From positions 32,001-96,000 of the IMG/VR virus record IMGVR_UViG_3300045988_100686: a stretch of DNA of 64,000 bases. One strand, written 5' to 3'. The stretch is from a virus. The translations under genes and the position numbers were made by a program. Below the pieces are notes generated by a model. That model was given only the letters and a program-made list of their open reading frames with translations, did no database searches and was not told the DNA's origin. Below, piece by piece: positions 61,473-64,000 of the stretch (position 1 is its first letter; every line of letters starts with the position of its first letter).

Positions 61473-62974
61473 AGAAAACTGTGTTAGCTATCGGGCCTGC
61501 TAGTCCGTATGTGAATCTCTTGGCAACTGTTCAAGAGCATTTAAATGACTTAAGTGTCATTAAACCTAATTTTAATAACCTTCATATCATTCAGCTCGGT
61601 GCTGGTGGTACTGGCGGTTATGTAGCGTATGAAATACTTCGTATGCTTGGTAATATTCCAGAGGTGTTAAAACCGTATATCCATTATACACTGATAGATG
61701 GTGATACGTATGAGCCAAAGAATATTGGCAGACAACTTTGCTGTGAAGATGATATCGGTAAGTATAAAGCTCAGGTCCTCGTTGAAGAGTATGGAGAACT
61801 CTTTGGTGTTACTCCAGACCAAGCGTCTCATATCGATGAGTATTTTACTGCTATCAGCCAGCTGGCTGTTCTTCCAAAATTCCCTCTGCCAATCTGGTCT
61901 GTATTTGTAGACGATGAAGTAGAAAAGTTCTTCAAAGACTCTGAAGCTGCAGTTGCACTTAATTCTAAACAGCCACATATCAATGCAACAGCTACGTCAT
62001 TTATCATTATTGACTGTGTTGACAAAAATGCTCCGCGTAAACTATTACATGATTACTTTACAGATATCTCCAGTTTGCCCAGTACTTTGGCGCGTCTGAA
62101 CTATTGTTGCAATGCTGTTCCTGACTGTGATAAGATCACTGCTACTGGGCAGCAAATCATTGCACATAACAACGGTGGTAACAGCCTGCTTGGAAGTATG
62201 TACGGTGTCACCCCGATTCGTGATATCTACATCATCTCATCCGGCAATGGCAAGTATACTGGCCAAGTATCCTGGGGAAGAAAAAGCTTCCTTGGTAACT
62301 CCAGTGGTTCTATGCACTACAAGGATATCTTTGGTGACAAGGATGTATCTTCTATTATTGGACCTAAGATTAATACGAATGATGAAGTAGAGGCTGTCGA
62401 TATTACTCCGGGTATGACAGACGCTGATGTAAACCAGTTGCGGCTTAAAGCATTGGCTGAGGAGTATTTTACACCGTCTAATGTAAAGAGATTCCAGGAT
62501 AATGTATTCCAAGAAATTGTGGATCCTGCTACTGGCAGATTGTCAAATGGTTACATTAAGTCTATCCCGATTCCAATTACTAACCCAGAGGAACCTGAGC
62601 TTGAAACTGGACACCCGATGCTCAAAAACATGAATATGTTCATGTCTGCTTTTATGTCTACACCTACTCCGTATGACAGGTTCCCGGAGCTTACAGACCT
62701 TGAGATTGATGCAAGAGAAGAGGCGATGAGCTGCGCGGAGCGTGCAGAACATAATGTACAGTCTATCAATGCTAATAAAACTGCTGCAGCTCTTGTAGTA
62801 AATTACTTCACATCTATCTTTAATGGTATGTATATGTTTGAAAAGGAAGTACCCGTTCTTACTACTGAGACTACACGTTTCAACATATTAACGGGCGAGT
62901 ACTCTTCTGACCCGATTACTACGGATTCTCTGCGTATCCCTGTGGAAACACGCAAAAGAGTTCGCGCATTTTAA
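61469..62974 (+). CDS. E1-like ThiF/MoeB-family adenylyltransferase
   Basis: Nucleotide-binding loop HIIQLGAGGTGGYVAYEI and YTLIDGDTYEPKNIGRQL, which matches the ThiF/MoeB D-D-V-SNL-RQ pattern. SD GGAGGCAAAGGA upstream. Confidence 0.75.
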   Translation: MKKTVLAIGPASPYVNLLATVQEHLNDLSVIKPNFNNLHIIQLGAGGTGGYVAYEILRMLGNIPEVLKPYIHYTLIDGDTYEPKNIGRQLCCEDDIGKYKAQVLVEEYGELFGVTPDQASHIDEYFTAISQLAVLPKFPLPIWSVFVDDEVEKFFKDSEAAVALNSKQPHINATATSFIIIDCVDKNAPRKLLHDYFTDISSLPSTLARLNYCCNAVPDCDKITATGQQIIAHNNGGNSLLGSMYGVTPIRDIYIISSGNGKYTGQVSWGRKSFLGNSSGSMHYKDIFGDKDVSSIIGPKINTNDEVEAVDITPGMTDADVNQLRLKALAEEYFTPSNVKRFQDNVFQEIVDPATGRLSNGYIKSIPIPITNPEEPELETGHPMLKNMNMFMSAFMSTPTPYDRFPELTDLEIDAREEAMSCAERAEHNVQSINANKTAAALVVNYFTSIFNGMYMFEKEVPVLTTETTRFNILTGEYSSDPITTDSLRIPVETRKRVRAF

Positions 62975-62980
62975 GCTAAC

Positions 62981-63016
62981 GGTGGGCTCTTTGTGAGTCC
63001 ACCTTTTATTTTTTAT
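62981..63016 (+). terminator. Rho-independent terminator after the E1 gene
   Basis: GGTGGGCTC-tttgt-GAGTCCACC followed by TTTTATTTTTT. Confidence 0.55.
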
Positions 63017-63029
63017 GGAGGTATGCTAT

Positions 63030-64000
63030 ATGCAAATCCCAAGTTGGTTTATGGATAAGTATTTTCCAGAAGGTAGCGCACGCTCTGCTATAGTCTGTGA
63101 TGACGGAGAATTAAAATCATTCTTACGAATGGAAGCAGATGATAAGAATGCTGGGTGCGAAATCTTTGGTGATTATAGCTACGTGGAAGATATCATGGCA
63201 GTAATGTGTGAACCTGTTGTGGCCCATGAATTATCACTGCCAGCGCTTGAAGACTTAGTTCCTGATAAATATCATATATATAGGGTTATTCCACCATATT
63301 ATCTGCAGTTGTGGTACAAATATCAGCTGTCAAATAGGGGCATGACAAGTAGCTATACAGAAGATAAATTTAAGGTTGATTTTATTACTGCGTATATCAT
63401 TGAGTTCCCATGGGAACAGATGTCAAGTTGTAGCAGAAGAAAAACGAGATCAAAAAATGATGTAGACCACTGTATGTATGACAAAAATTTATTTAATGCT
63501 TGGTGTTATCAAAAAGATACTATTGAGGCTGTAGCACAGTTTCTTAATATCTGTAGAATCCCTGCATCTGAGGAAGAGATTGCGAAACTATTTATATCTA
63601 GGTTTATCTGGTATAGCTTTGTGACTCAATTGGATCTGCTGGATAGCATAGAAATAGGGGAATGGCTTGATTTTTATAATGGAGCACCGTATAGATCAAG
63701 ATGCGTTGATAGAAACTATGAGTTGAATTCTAGAAAAAGTTGTGGCCACTGGGGTGGTCTCATGGCTGCAGGGATTAAGATAAGCCGTATCCTGGAATAT
63801 CCTAGAAATGCTGATTCAGTAAAATCTAGAGTCTTGCAAAGGGCTAGGCTCTTAGTTGTAATGTTTTGTATGTCCCAGTCACCCAGAACGGTGAAGCTGA
63901 TCATTGAAGGTCTTATGACGTTTTCTGCGTCAATATCAGGTACATGGATGTTAAGCATCATTGAACCACTGGTAAGGGAGGTGGAGCCTTCATGGCTAAA
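63030..64000 (+). CDS. hypothetical protein, 3'-truncated by window end
   Basis: ATG at 63030 with GGAGG 8 nt upstream. The frame stays open to position 64000. Confidence 0.5.
   Translation, partial: MQIPSWFMDKYFPEGSARSAIVCDDGELKSFLRMEADDKNAGCEIFGDYSYVEDIMAVMCEPVVAHELSLPALEDLVPDKYHIYRVIPPYYLQLWYKYQLSNRGMTSSYTEDKFKVDFITAYIIEFPWEQMSSCSRRKTRSKNDVDHCMYDKNLFNAWCYQKDTIEAVAQFLNICRIPASEEEIAKLFISRFIWYSFVTQLDLLDSIEIGEWLDFYNGAPYRSRCVDRNYELNSRKSCGHWGGLMAAGIKISRILEYPRNADSVKSRVLQRARLLVVMFCMSQSPRTVKLIIEGLMTFSASISGTWMLSIIEPLVREVEPSWL

Noticed and set aside
1-64000. CRISPR arrays, rRNA genes, IS elements/transposases, integrase or att sites
   Set aside because: No regularly spaced direct repeats with unique spacers, no rRNA-like conserved blocks, and no transposase, integrase or recombinase motifs were seen on either strand. 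The repeats present are in-frame tandem coding repeats or short regulatory boxes.

Overview
This is an AT-rich phage genome segment (Firmicutes-type codon usage and Shine-Dalgarno-dependent starts) with three blocks. (1) Positions 1 to ~25.1 kb, plus strand, hold an early replication and host-takeover module. It encodes an SNF2 helicase, a 3D-domain wall hydrolase, a MazG-like protein, a sigma-70 family factor behind a consensus TTGACA-17-TATACT promoter, a RuvC-like resolvase, an HU/TF1-like protein, two Bro-N antirepressors, a gp32-like SSB with an EEIPF tail, an HD hydrolase, a Cas4-like PD-(D/E)XK nuclease, a primase-helicase and a family-A DNA polymerase with an N-terminal UDG-like domain. 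It also carries a tRNA-Gly and an array of five clear tRNAs plus one tRNA-Trp-like gene with an unresolved acceptor stem, driven by a consensus promoter. (2) Positions ~25.2 to 56.0 kb, all minus strand, hold a virion module. It opens with a bacterial beta-prime-like RNA polymerase fragment whose N-terminus shows intein-like splicing blocks and whose catalytic NADFDGD loop is replaced. It continues with head genes (scaffold-like, decoration-like, HK97-type capsid-like), a run of glycine-zipper internal/ejection-type proteins, an embedded SF2 helicase and a GNAT acetyltransferase, then baseplate genes (HExxH peptidase, gpV-like spike, PAAR tip). (3) Positions ~56.5 to 63.0 kb, plus strand, hold what looks like a complete ubiquitin-like conjugation module: a 76-aa Ubl ending in Gly, a UBC-like E2, a JAMM/JAB peptidase and a ThiF/MoeB-type E1. 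I found no integrase, CRISPR, rRNA or IS element. All functional calls rest on motif reading by eye and should be confirmed by HMM/structure searches.
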